Shown here one piece after another: positions 1-12,673 of a DNA stretch of 64,000 bases. This stretch comes from Podarcis erhardii (lineage: Eukaryota). Position numbers and translations under genes: made by a program. How positions within the stretch are numbered: position 1 is the first letter of the stretch; the number at the start of each line of letters is the position of its first letter. The notes below the pieces were generated by a model. The model had not been told where the DNA came from and did not search any database. It saw nothing but the letters and a program-made list of their open reading frames with translations. The stretch is taken from the NCBI GenBank assembly GCA_964252035.1, contig OZ176204.1. One strand, written 5' to 3'.

Positions 1-299
1 TCCTCTTTCCTCCCTCAGTTCTTTTGTTTATTCTCCTTTCGCTTTTATTCATTTTTTTGGCGGGGGGGGGGGGAGAGGGAACACACCAAACACTACAAAA
101 GCATATAACGATCTTCTCCCTATCCATATTCACTCAGAAATAAATCCCACTGAATTCAAAGGGATTCCTCCCCCCCCACCCTGCACTCCATAAACTACGT
201 TAGAATACAAAGGAATTCGTTGCGGTATTTTTAGCTTCAAGTTTTATTATAAAAGAGTCGACAAAATATAGGTGAATTATTCTTTTTTTAATATATAAA

Positions 300-625
300 G
301 GTTGGCACGTCAGAAAAATTGTGGGGGGGGGGCGTCACGTGACTGCGGACCCCGCAACTTAGCCGCCTCGTCATTTCACCCCCGCCCGCGCGCGCTCGGC
401 GTCACGTGATCCAGTTTGTTGTTGTTGCGGCCCTACGCTGGGCGGCTGCCCGCGTGGGCGTCGACGGGGTCACGTGACGTGTTTAAATCTCTCTCTGTGT
501 GTGTGTGTGAGAGAGAGAGGTGCGGGAGGGGGAGGGGGCTGTCTTTCCCGTCTACGGGGAAAGGTGGGGGGTGAGAGCGAGCGGGCGGAGAGAGAGAGGG
601 AGGGAGTAGTTGCTCCTTCTCCAAG
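300..625 (+). promoter_or_regulatory. SIRT1 CpG-island promoter/5' leader with three GTCACGTGA E-boxes and a TATA-like TTTAAA
   Basis: GTCACGTGAC at 334-343, GTCACGTGAT at 401-410, GTCACGTGAC at 469-478, TTTAAA at 482-487, and a YY1-type AAGATGGCGG at 623-632. CpG-rich from about 330 to 1450. Confidence 0.75.
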
Positions 626-996
626 ATGGCGGACGCGGAGACGCCGCTCCTACAGTGCCGGAGCGGCGGCCGCGGCAGCAACGGCGGTGGCAGCGGCGTT
701 GTGTCAGGCGCCTCGGAGAGCCCGGAGCCAGCTGTGAAGCGTCAACGCCGGGGCTCTACTGACAGCGCCGGCCGGGCCTGTTCGGCCGCGAAGGAAGCCG
801 GCGGAGAGGCGGAGGCGCCTCTTTACATAGGAAGCGCCGCCGCCGAGGAGGCCCTGGCGGAGGAGGAAGAGGTCGCTGCTGCTGCTTCCTCTGGCGACAG
901 CGAGCTGGGAGAGGCCTCGGCAGCGGTGGGAGAAAGAGGAGGAGAGGAAGGCTGGAGCTGCGCTGGGCTGAGGCGGTGGGGCCTGGCCCGAGAAGA

Positions 997-1028
<32 letters not shown>

Positions 1029-1193
1029 TACCACTACTGCCGCAGTTGTCGCCGCCGCCGCCGCTGCCGAGGTGGTGGCCGAGCCAAGGGGAGGGAGCAG
1101 AGGCGGCGCCCGCCGGAGACGCAGCGGAGGCGGCCATTGGCTGCGGGGCGGCGCAGTGTTCGAACGGCGCTGCGGAAGCGGCCGCGCGCCCAG
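626..1193 (+). CDS. SIRT1: SIRT1 exon 1 (low-complexity N-terminus, KRQRR NLS-like motif, poly-Pro)
   Basis: Start context aagATGG. Donor CAG|GTGAGG after 1193 is phase 1 and joins G+AC=Asp in exon 2. The alternative donor after 1228 is out of phase. Confidence 0.88.
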
Positions 1194-4100
1194 GTGAGGA
1201 GCCGCTCCAGAGGCGGAGGGGGCGGCAGGTGGGCGCAGGGCAGCGATCGGGTCACGGAGGAGGAGCAGCATCAGCACCGCTCGGCCTGCTCTTTAGCGGC
1301 CCGGGAGGGAGGGAGGGAGAGACAGACCCGAGACCACCGGCATCCCCTTCTAACCCCAGCTCAATGGGATTCGCGTTGTCGGGGCTGGGGGAAGTCAAGG
1401 CACCGCTTAGTCCTTCTCCCTCCCGCGATCTTCAAGAGCCGAAGGCCTTGGGAAAGCCTCCTAAACACAGTCTTAATGTTTGCAGTAATCTGTGGCTCCT
1501 CCTATCCACTTGTCACCGCGGGAGCGGGTGGGCTGGGGGAAGAGAGCTGGGAGAAGGCGACTAAACGTGCAGCCTGGTCCTATACAAGTTTGCTCTAACT
1601 GCATATAACTTGCAGCCTTGAACAGCAGCCTGTGCCTGGGAGGATAAAGTTGGTGGAAGCCAGTTTCACTTGGGCTGACGGTTTCCTTAGTAGCAAAAAG
1701 CTAGTAATCCCATGCAGAATACAGGGATCTTGGGCAAGCTAGGTTTTTCTGACTTCTATGGCAAGTGCATCATGTGGAGGCGGAGCACCCTCTTCTATGC
1801 AACTCTTGAAGATACAGAAGTTAAAGCAAATCTTACACATATATTATTTCGATGGTACCTAAAGCTTACATAAATGAGTATGAATGATGTAAACATGATT
1901 AAATCCCAGTTTAAAAAGAATCTTGTTACTTCTTGTAGGTGAAGTACAGCACAACTTGTTCTAAATGTGATGGCACTACTTTTATCTGATAATGGTTTTT
2001 CTCTGTTTAATGTCTTTCAGACAATATGTTTTTTAATGATGAAATAATTGCAAACGGCTTCCATTCCTGTGAGAGTGATGAAGATGATAGAGCCTCTCAT
2101 GCAAGCTCCAGTGATTGGACTCCAAGGCCACGTATAGGTAGATATTTAGAATTCAATATAGGGGTTCCAATTAAATATCTTGTAAGATTACATCTTCATT
2201 CTTGCTTTTATTTTCTTGGGCAAGTCATATCTTTATATTTGTGACACTGTTGTCTTTCCTTCATGTAAGTCTGAACTCTGAGTGGTTTGTTGAGGTGCCT
2301 GTATATTTTGCTGCTTATCTTGGCATGAGTAGGGGTTGCACCTTGGAAGAATAGCTGAGTGGCAAATTGCCCCTGCTTTTATCCTTCCATATTACCACCT
2401 CTACACTGCGCAGAACTATGGAGTGCTCTATCTCTTTCTTCAGCTCTAAATCCGGAATTGGCAATTGAGGGTAATCTGAGGTGCAAGCCTGAGCAGTGTG
2501 TATGGAGGTCCTGGGCTGCCCAGACAACAAGACGCTCTCTCACACTTGCTCATGTGTTCCAAAGAAAAGGAAAGCAATACATTTGGCACCAGCTTGGTGG
2601 CAGGAGTTGCAGGAAGGAGGCATACAAGACACCATCCAAGTGCCTTAGGGACTCCACTCCTAATTTTTGCAGGGTTTACTCCCATGCCTTTTCTTCTCCC
2701 AAAGATGTCCTGCAAGGCAGCAGGTACAGATTGTTCCTCAGGGTTTACTCCCAAAGCCTTTTCACATTACATGTAGTTCTGTGATTTTTCCCCACCAATT
2801 TTTTTCCTTTGTTTTATGCAGCAACTGAGGTTGCAATCTGAATTGGGGATTAATTCTGCCCTACTACTTGAATTGCTTTATTACTGAAAATAATCTCCTT
2901 AGCTGCTTTTACCCCACAAAGGAAAAAAGATATGGGAACCAATTATCCTATTCATGGGATTAATACAAAAATGCTGTGGTTATTTGCTGCTCACAGGATG
3001 CCTCACCCATGATGCCAATGCATGCCCTTTTGTGTGCAGTACATTACACATTTTTCAGATTGGTATGCTACTTGCTCTGTTGAAAATGTGATAAACAAAA
3101 AATGTTGCAGAATTTTCTCCATCAGTTGAATATTCTGCATCAGCCAGATGACAATTGCTTTATTTTCTATTGCAGGCCCATACACTTTTGTCCAACAACA
3201 TCTCATGCTAGGCACAGATCCACGTGCAATTCTGAAAGACTTGTTGCCAGAAACTATTCCGCCTCCTGAACTTGATGACATGACATTATGGCAAATTGTT
3301 ATTAATATCCTGTCAGAACCACCTAAAAGAAAAAAGAGAAAAGATATCAATACAATAGAGGATGCTGTGAAACTACTACAAGAGTGCAAAAAAATAATTG
3401 TCTTAACAGGAGCTGGGGTATGTATCTAATGTTGAATGGAATAAGTAGAACATTATTTGAGATTTTAATTATTCTGATGCAAGTATGTGGATCATGTGAA
3501 TGGATTGCTCTCTGCTGTGCTACAGTAATGCTAGAGTTGCTCCTGGGCAGATGTTTTTCTATATCCAACGCAAGCAAGGGATGGTTGTCCATATCACAAA
3601 GCTCACAGTTCTTAAGAAAATATTTATATCCCATGTGCCCAAATATGCTGAAGGAAAGATACCTGTGTGCCCTAGTGGAATGTGAATGTTGAAGCAAATG
3701 CAATGATTTTAAGACCTTTCTTCACGGGCAACAATTCTGTACTGCGGCCCAGATTAAACTAGTTGCACTTGTGGGAGCCAGTGCAACAAGTGCCATTCAT
3801 GTCCTCCCCCCCCCATCAGGTTTGGAGGGGTGGGAGAACTGCTAGAACAGTGTGCGTTGGGGGGGGGTAGAGCATTCATCCAAACAAGCAGACAGAGTCT
3901 CATTGTGCATCCTGCAGAGCACCTGAGCAAAGGGATGAGCAACGAACTTCTATCACTAGCACGAAGGAACATTTAATTTCCTTGCTCTGATACTGTAAGC
4001 ACTGACCTTTCATTGAGGCACTAGCAGCTACCCTTGTTTCAGTAGTTCAAGTATATGCAAGTGAATCTTCAAAGGTTGGTAGAAAGGCTAAGAAAAGTAA

Positions 4101-7100
4101 CTGATTTCTGGTAACCCACTACTGTTGGCCAGCCTCCAGGAGACTGAGGCAGCAGTGTATTTTCCAAACCATTGTAGAAATCATAGAGTTGGACAGGACT
4201 AGTAAAGCATTTGACAGAGTTTTAGGAAGTAAGTGGTAGAACTTGGCAGCGATGCTCATTTGCATCATATACAATGACTTTAGTTGGAGTGCAAGCAGAA
4301 GCTTGTTCTGCAGCAACTAATGTCCTGAATAGAATCACACTACCTACTTTCATTTGTCTGGAACCAAGATGATACCTGTTAAGAAAAGTCATATTTGATT
4401 TTGAAGTGACTGAACTGAAACGTTAATTAATGCTGCAGTTCTCTAGCCTGTATGCATATTGCGTTGGATTCTCATAAGTAGTTTTGCTATAGTTGTAAGT
4501 GGAATTTCCTAATCTGCAGTTTTTTTAGGTATCTGAATAATGGATAGTTCTAAAAAAAAGTAATATTTTGTTTGCCAAAAGAAAATAAGCAAACAGTTGG
4601 GGGGTGACTATTTTTAGTTAATTATTTAGTTAGTTATTAAAAGCATTTCTAAACTGCTCACTGTTTTAAAAAATCTCTAAACATTAAATTTTACAGTCTA
4701 TAGTCTAAATATTTTACAGCAACAAATGTTGTTATAGTATGCAATTGATCTTTATTATGGTATGTAACCTATTTCAGGTATCTGTTTCTTGTGGAATCCC
4801 TGACTTCAGATCAAGAGATGGTATCTATGCACGCCTTGCAGTAGATTTCCCAGATCTTCCTGATCCTCAAGCAATGTTTGATATTGATTACTTCAGGAAA
4901 GATCCAAGGCCATTTTTTAAGTTTGCAAAGGTGCCTTTTCTCTTTCTTGTATGAAAAACAGATACATTTAAACAACCTATAATCTTTATGTATCTAAAAC
5001 AAAGACAGTTTTCCTCAAAGCTGTTATGCCCTTACATGAGCAAAGGGGCACATTGATTATTGCACCAATATAAAATCGCAAATAATGATGTCATGCTTGC
5101 TTTGTAGTGTGTTTGAGTAATAATCAATGCTCTCTATCTCTTGTAGTGGTTCTTATTTTTATGGGATATAAAGAAACTAAAGAAGCCAAAGTTTATAGAG
5201 TAACTATCACTCTTGCTTCTCCTATTAAGAAGGCACTACTCTTTTTTTTTTTTTACTCGATACAGTAGCGATATGCTTATAACAAATAGGTGGAGTCAAA
5301 TGTGTGAGTGAACTTTAGCTTACGCAGTAGAACTTCATCTTCCTCTCCAGCCCTCCTCCTGCCTCTGGTTCCCCCTCCCCCCCAAAAAAAAAGTTTAAGA
5401 TGATCTCCTTCCCTACTCTGAATCAGATTTTGATGGTGTCTGGATGGGAAGAGGAAAGTGAAATACTTCAGTGTGGCTAAAAGTCTATTCCACTCATAGA
5501 CAGTTTTGAATACAATCAAATGTTTAAATGCCATTATGATTTATGACTTTACAATAGCATTGCATACACTGAATCTTGTTTGATGGTGGCGGGTGGGGAA
5601 AACTAATTTTCTGACAGTGTATTTATATGCCAAGCTACGGCATAAATATTTTTGGCTTAAACTTAAGGCATCCACCGAAAAAGCAATAATATTGTTTTGG
5701 AAGCTTTCCACTTTATGAACAAATTTTATTCTTTCATAAAATTAATAACATAATGAATGAAAATAGCACAAGCTAAGTTGACCAACTTGAATACATACAA
5801 TGCTAGTAAAATGTAAAATCAAAAGCTTTTTCAGTGGGTTTCAATTATATGTTATTTCACTGATGCACATGGTGCCTCGGAACATAGCTCCCACATAAAA
5901 GGGAGCTGCCTGTATACTTTTTTAAATGCAACCTATAATTCCTTTGGGGATCTTTCTGGATGTAAGATTGTGGATGCTAAATAGCTTTTCTTTTCATTCA
6001 TACCTTTTAATGATCAACAGTTGTAATGATCAACATTTTTGGGGCTTGGAAGATACACTTTTTCAGAGGAGTGGGTTGTATTAAGGTTGTGCGCATGCAG
6101 AGTACCGCTCACAAAGTTGGACTTCCCCTTTCTCTCTTCTCCCTGTGTTGCCTCAAAGTACCCTTTGAAGGCTCCTGCAGCCCTCTGGAGCAGATTTTGA
6201 GAATCCCTGGAGGTCTTCAAAGGAAAGGATAGGAGGGGGAAGTTCTGTTGCATGTGGAAGTATGCTGTGCTATCAGAACAGCAGCACTGGACATGACTCC
6301 ATATTTAAGCAGTCATAGCATGTCATATGTTCAATGGGGGGTGGCAGGAGATGGTGTATACATTTTCCCCATTTAAGTTAATGATGTATGTTAGTAGTAT
6401 TTTCTCCAAGCTGAAAGGTTAACACAAGTTACGATTAGTTTAAGAAAATGTTGGTTCTAGTAAGCAAAAGCTAATGTATGGTGGCTGATCTTTAAACAAA
6501 AACTGAAATGTGATATTAGCAAAATTTATTTTTCGCTTTTTAAAAAATTCTACAGGAAATATATCCTGGACAGTTTCAACCATCTCTCTGTCATAAATTT
6601 ATAGCTTTGATGGATAAAGAAAAAAAACTGCTTCGCAATTATACTCAGAACATAGATACACTGGAACAAGTGGCAGGAATTCAAAGGATAATCCAATGTC
6701 ATGGTTAGTCAATCTTAAATTCTATCTAGATCTCATGTTAATTTTAATGTGCGTGATAAGGGATATGTGGAATCTTTCAGCATTTTGCATCATCTGTCAC
6801 TTGGTTAGTTCCTGGAGAATATAGAATAGGATAAATGTTTTGAACTGTACATTTATGAATGCATCTGAAAAGGATTGTGCTTCCGCTCCCTGACAGTGAA
6901 TTCTATTGCAGTGCCCCCATAGATTTTCAGGATGAACAAATGAAATAAAACAACAATGGGTAGTATTCAACTAATTCATACTTGGAGTAAACCCATTGGA
7001 ATCCAAGGGTTTGCTTAGAGTGGGCCTACTCTAAGTATGACTAACTGGATATCATCCAGTGAATTTTATCAGCTAAGTGTGAACATGCAAATTAAGTCAT

Positions 7101-10100
7101 ATATGTTTGTATGTGTTCCTATTCTCAGATCAGTATGACTAGAATAAACTAGGTTGGTTAATATTTGAATCCAGACAACTGCATACATCTTTATTTGCTT
7201 TTTGGTGTGTGTATGTGTTTCAGGTTCCTTTGCAACAGCTTCTTGCCTCATCTGTAAATACAAAGTTGATTGTGAAGTTGTTCGAGGAGACATTTTCAAT
7301 CAGGTAGGAATAAAACCCTAAATATTATCAGGTACATTTAAGGCTGCATTCATAAACAGGCTTAAGGAGTAAGGCTCACTGAGCTTAACTGATCTTCTGT
7401 GCAAACATGATTAGGAATGCACTGTTAATGAACAAAAAGTATGAGTGTTAATAACTATCAGATAAAATGTTATCCTTATATCTAGAAATGTGAACTGTAG
7501 CAGTTCAAGAATTCAGTTTACATAGAAGCAGTTGTAGTTCTCCAAACAAGTGCAGTTCTTATTTATTATCATTGTTGCATGCCACTCCAATCTCCAAGCA
7601 GTGCAAGATTCCAGAGGTTCCAGATGCTTACCTAGGGGTTCAGAAAGCTAGCCTGGCTTGATTGGCTTTTAACACTTGCTGGATCCAGGGATTATAGGGG
7701 TCTGGAATCCTCTCAACCCCAAATCTCATAACACTATATTTATATTTCACCATTGCTTCAGTTGAGCTCAAAGCAGCTTGGAAAGATTCTTCAAAGTAGA
7801 ATATTTCTTGTAGGTTAGTTCAGATGTGACTCTTGACCTGTCATTCACTGGAGGACACTTTGACTTTTATTTCCCTAAGTATTTTAACTCAGCTGCCTAA
7901 GATTAGAGCTAGCAGTGTCAGAATGATTTCAGTCCACCTTCCATTTGGGAAGGGGAAGTTTCAGGGATATAATTTGTAAGCTCTAGGGGCAGAAGCAGCT
8001 TTGGGGAAAAGACTGAAGATTAGGAGGAGGGAATCTAAAGGATGGGGGTCTGGAGACAAGGTGGTTGAATCAAGGATGCATAGTGACAGTAGACTGAGAA
8101 TTGGGAGGAAAGGCTTTGTGAAACTAGGAAAGGAGGAACTAAGGCATCCCTGGAAACTACTACCCTGCAAAAATTATTATAAGCCTGCTAAGAGGCTAGT
8201 AACCTGGGTTTCCATGCTGGCTATGGAAACACATGACTCTAATGTTTAATTGATGCATCTTCATTGTATGCATCATAATCTGTTTCTGTACAATAGAGAG
8301 AGAATACATATGTGAGGCAATCCTTCACAAAAGCTGATAAATATGCAACATGTGCTGTGCTTCTCTTTGTTGGGACAGATGAGAGGAAATATTTGCAAAT
8401 TATTCATAGAATAGTTCTCTGGAAAATTGTAATCTCTAACATTTTCACAAGTTTAAAAATAATTTGTTCAGGTGCTTCATGGGGAAAAAACTGATTAAAG
8501 TATTAGTCTTCCTCTATTGAGTACAATTATTAAAGAATACAATTCATACTTGCATGTCATCATCAGTTTTGTTACACTTGGAATATTGTTTAGAAAAGCT
8601 GTGGATTATAACATCAGTCATTTTTTTATAGCAATCTGAACTTCTTAATAAATCTGTTGCAGCTAATGTTTTGACCCAGTGATTTCCTAATTGAATTTAG
8701 CTTCTATAAAACTAAAACTAATAATGCAACCTTCTGTATGCAGGTTGTTCCTAGATGTCCCAGGTGTTCACCTGATGAACCACTTGCCATCATGAAGCCG
8801 GAAATAGTGTTCTTTGGTGAAAATCTACCTGAGCAGTTTCATAGGGCCATGAAGTATGACAAAGATGAGGTTGATCTTCTCATTGTTATCGGGTCTTCAC
8901 TTAAAGTAAGACCAGTTGCATTAATTCCAAGTAAGTGTTGATTGCTCATTTCTTAGGCATATGGAGGGGAGTCTCTGTTTCAGAATAAATATATAAGGAG
9001 CTTCCATACAACTGTCATGCTGTACAGTGCTGTAATTATTGAATTTAGAGAGTTTTTTTAGATCTGGGAGGAATATAAGAGCAAGGAGTGTATTTATCTT
9101 GCATACTATTAAGTAATATTGCAGAAGCAGAATTCTAGGTCACTTTTTAGTGCATTTACAAGTAGTTCCTAAAACTTGTTGTCACATTTGTTAATAACAG
9201 TTGACATTATATTTCTGTAACATTCATTTTGTTTTATTTTTCTTAAACACGTAGGCTCTATCCCACATGAAGTGCCGCAGATTCTAATTAATAGGGAACC
9301 ATTGCCTCATCTACACTTCGACGTGGAGCTTCTTGGTGACTGTGATGTCATTATCAATGAATTATGTCATAGATTAGGTGGTGAATATACAAAACTTTGT
9401 AGCAATTCAGTCAAACTTTCAGAAATAACAGAGAAGCCTCCCAGACCTCACAAAGAATTTGAAATACATTCAGCTGAATTACCACCTACTCCTCTAAACA
9501 TTTCTGAATATTCTAGTTCACCTGAAAGAATTGCACCACAACATTCTCAGGTGGTACGTTCAGAGCAATCTTCTGAATATAAAGCAGGAAATTCTGATGC
9601 TTCCTTGGAGTCTAAAGAGAACTGTGTAGAAGAAAAATTTCAAGAAGTTCAAAACTCTTTAGAGAATGTTGAAAGTCTTTCTGACCATCTAGAAAACCCA
9701 GAACATGTGAAGGAAAATGGATCTAACCAAGAGGAAAACAAAGAGAGAAGTGAAAAAACATCTGTTGAAACACTGAGAAAATGTTGGGTTAATAGATGTG
9801 CAAAAGAGCAGATTAGCAAGCGGCTTGATGGTAAGTGCTTAAATAATTTGCAAACACCACTACATTCAAATTAAACAATACTTTCAAGGTATTAAACACA
9901 GCAATTTTGTTTTGAAGGAATTCAGTCAGTAGTGAACAACAGTTTGTAAAAATGTCCTGATCTTGCAACCAGAGATACAAACAAAAACATGTACATACAC
10001 TTCAATAAAAAAATACTTAGATTTAGGTTGGTGCAGTACAATAGGAAATCTAGAACAAATGAAAGAATTCCTCTGACTGAACCAGCTGATTACTTCCAAT

Positions 10101-12673
10101 GTTTGCAAGCTTTCAAACTACATGTAGGCAATATGAACTGAATTTATTTTGTATGCCTTCAAAAATAATGTCTGCATTTCTAATATACTTGTTTTATCTC
10201 TTTGCTTTTCTGCCTTACAAAGCTATTGTCAGACCCATATGAAATGAGATATCTATTTATAATTATATCCCACTTTGTCCCTGAAGGTGTTTAAAAAAGT
10301 GATCCTACCCATGGCTGTGGGCAAAATCCAAATTAGGATATTTGTAATAAAACAATGTAGTAATCTTTGTTTTGTTCTAAAATGCAACAAATCTAGAAAG
10401 GCAATCGGACGTGAAACACTGATAAACACTTGATTGATGAAGTTGTGCAGTGCCTTTAAGTCAACTCCCATCACCTTCATTTGGCATGACTTGGTCAAGG
10501 ATGATGGGAGCTGTAGTCCACAATAACTGGCATCACATAGGTTACCACTGGTTTCAGCAAGTAGGCTGCTCTGATCTGCCACAGGTAGGGTGACAGGGGC
10601 AGCACTATCCCTCCACCCAGCCCCAAACAGCTGTACTGGGGGAAAGCCCCCAAACAGGATGTGCCAGGGAGGGGTTGAGCCAACCAGGGATACCCTGGAT
10701 CCCAGCTTGGCCCCACTGACATCACTTAACCCTCACACTAACTCCAGGCTGGTAAGGATTATTGAGTTCAATGTGGCTTACTTCTGAAAAGACGTGTATA
10801 AGATTGTGCTGTCAAGTACATTATGGGCGATTCCAAACAATCTAAAAAGTGGCAATGGAAATGGCACTTCTGTATGTCATGTGAAGGGGAGGGGAATTTA
10901 CATATCCCCATGGATATTTCCCCCCTGCATCTCCCCACAGGAAATATGCACATCTTATGTTTCTCTTCCCCCTCTTCTTTCCCACTCCCTCATCTTTTCA
11001 CAAAATCCAGAAGCAGCAAGAGGGGGAAGGGTCAGTTCAGGTAATCCTCAAACATGATTTGCAGGATTCGCAATTACTTCTACACATTTGAGCAGCATTG
11101 TTTGCCTGTTTAGGACATTGTGACAAAATTAAGTTTTGCTTTAAGCAGAAAGGGGATCTTGAGTGGGGGGGGGGAGAGAACATGTGAGGCAAAGTCTCAC
11201 TCCTGAAAATCTAAAACAAGGTTTGAAGGATTATCTAAACCAACCCAAATTTTAAGATGCAGACTTCTGTTATTACCACTTGTTTTAAGCATCCAAAACA
11301 ACTCAATTGCTGCAAGAAAAACCTGAAAAGAATTGTGGAACTTGTTTTCCCCTCAGTTTACAAGGATTGGTGCACATGGCAGTAGTTTTCAGTGCCAAGC
11401 TATTTCTATGAAGCCATTCCTTATATGGACTATGTGAGTTTTCTCCACACCATCCAATTTCTTCTTTTTTTTGCAGTGCCATATAGAAATTGACTTGGTA
11501 TTTGTGGCAGCTTGCCTGTAGAAGTTGTAGTGTGCACACCAGCACCAAGCTTCTGGTACATGTCTGCCAGATTTGATGCATGGATATGTTTTTTGTATTA
11601 CAAATTGTATTAATATGGAACAGTATGCTTTCCTCAAGTTTAGAATGTCTAATAGCATACTGGAGATAACAATATGATTTTCTGAGTAAAACAAAACCTC
11701 ATTTAGATGCAGCATGAACAGGTTGCAGGAATATCAAGAGTTGTACAGGCCTTTTAGTGTAGCTTGCAATTGCACAGCCCATCAAAAATGGTATTTCAGT
11801 CAACTTGCTTTTAATAAGCCTTTAGGCGGTAAGCTCTGAAGCAATTGCTGTATTTCTTTGATAACAGTCATTGGCAGTCTGACATCATTGCTTATTAAGA
11901 TGTATCTTTGAGAAAAGTGAAGGGAAAGAAGTGGATTGTAGACTTCATAATTAAACCACAGAAATTAGTTACACATTCATAACTGCTTCCCTTCCCTCAA
12001 GATCTTTGGCTGTGGCCACCAGTAAATGAGAGTGGAAGGGAGCTCTTCCTTTGAGACAATATTGGAATGTGTACATTATGTGTACAGTGAGAAACTTGGA
12101 GGGGGGTGCTGAATAGTGAATGCCTTCATATGTTACTGAATCCAGTTAAGCACATAGCAGCATGTAGTAAGCCTTTAAAAAGGGATTCCATAGTCCACAA
12201 CATGTGAAATTAAAGTGTAATAAATTTTATGTATACCTATTTCCTTACTTAGAAACAGTAGTGCTTAAAATAATGACAACCCATAAGCATTAATGTATCG
12301 CATTTAGGACTTCTTGGGATTATTAATGCTGAAATAATTCTTGCTAATCAAACATGTTTCAGGTACCCAATACTTGTTTTTACCACCAAATCGCTATATT
12401 TTCCATGGTGCTGAGGTATACTCGGACTCTGAAGATGATGTCATATCCTCCAGCTCTTGTGGAAGTAGCAGCGATAGTGGGTCCTGTCATAGTCCAAGCT
12501 TAGACATAGAAGACGAGAGTGAAATTGAAGAGTTCTATAACGGTATAGAAGAAGATACTCCTGACAGAGAAGAGGAGAATGGATATGGAGAAGATGGAAT
12601 TGAGCTTCAGGAATCTGAGTCTGTGTCGGTAAACGAAGCTGTAGGATTTGACCATTCGACAGACAAACTATAA
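626..12673 (+). CDS. SIRT1: NAD-dependent deacetylase sirtuin-1, complete spliced CDS (793 aa)
   Basis: Exons: 626-1193, 2021-2137, 3176-3417, 4778-4930, 6556-6703, 7224-7303, 8744-8930, 9255-9830, 12363-12673. They total 2382 nt, all introns are GT-AG and phases are compatible. Sirtuin motifs present: [22 protein letters not shown], catalytic QCH, Zn cysteines CLIC/CPRC, GSSLKV. Confidence 0.98.
998..1027 (+). repeat. Coding (CCG)9-CCA repeat encoding Pro10 in SIRT1
   Basis: In frame with the ATG at 626. Confidence 0.9.
2021..2137 (+). CDS. SIRT1: SIRT1 exon 2
   Basis: [39 protein letters not shown]; tttcag| ... G|gtagat; 117 nt. Confidence 0.96.
3176..3417 (+). CDS. SIRT1: SIRT1 exon 3
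   Basis: [16 protein letters not shown]...PPKRKKRKD...IIVLTGAG; ttgcag| ... |gtatgt; 242 nt. Confidence 0.97.
4778..4930 (+). CDS. SIRT1: SIRT1 exon 4
   Basis: [51 protein letters not shown]; 153 nt. Confidence 0.97.
6556..6703 (+). CDS. SIRT1: SIRT1 exon 5 (catalytic His)
   Basis: [49 protein letters not shown]; ctacag| ... |gttagt; 148 nt. Not in the ORF track; translated by hand. Confidence 0.97.
7224..7303 (+). CDS. SIRT1: SIRT1 exon 6
   Basis: [27 protein letters not shown]; tttcag| ... |gtagga; 80 nt. Confidence 0.96.
8744..8930 (+). CDS. SIRT1: SIRT1 exon 7
   Basis: [62 protein letters not shown]; 187 nt. Confidence 0.97.
9255..9830 (+). CDS. SIRT1: SIRT1 exon 8
   Basis: [30 protein letters not shown]...KEQISKRLD; cgtag| ... 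G|gtaagt; 576 nt. Confidence 0.96.
12363..12673 (+). CDS. SIRT1: SIRT1 exon 9 coding part (C-terminal regulatory segment)
   Basis: [26 protein letters not shown]...STDKL*; stop TAA at 12671-12673. Confidence 0.96.

Noticed and set aside
1194-1564. ORF 626..1564 continuing 371 nt past the SIRT1 exon 1 donor (312 aa)
   Set aside because: A strong in-phase donor lies at 1193. The extension is GC-rich, stop-poor intron sequence with no recognisable homology.
433-1598. Overlapping and antisense ORFs across SIRT1 exon 1
   Set aside because: Low-complexity by-products of a CpG island with CCG repeats.
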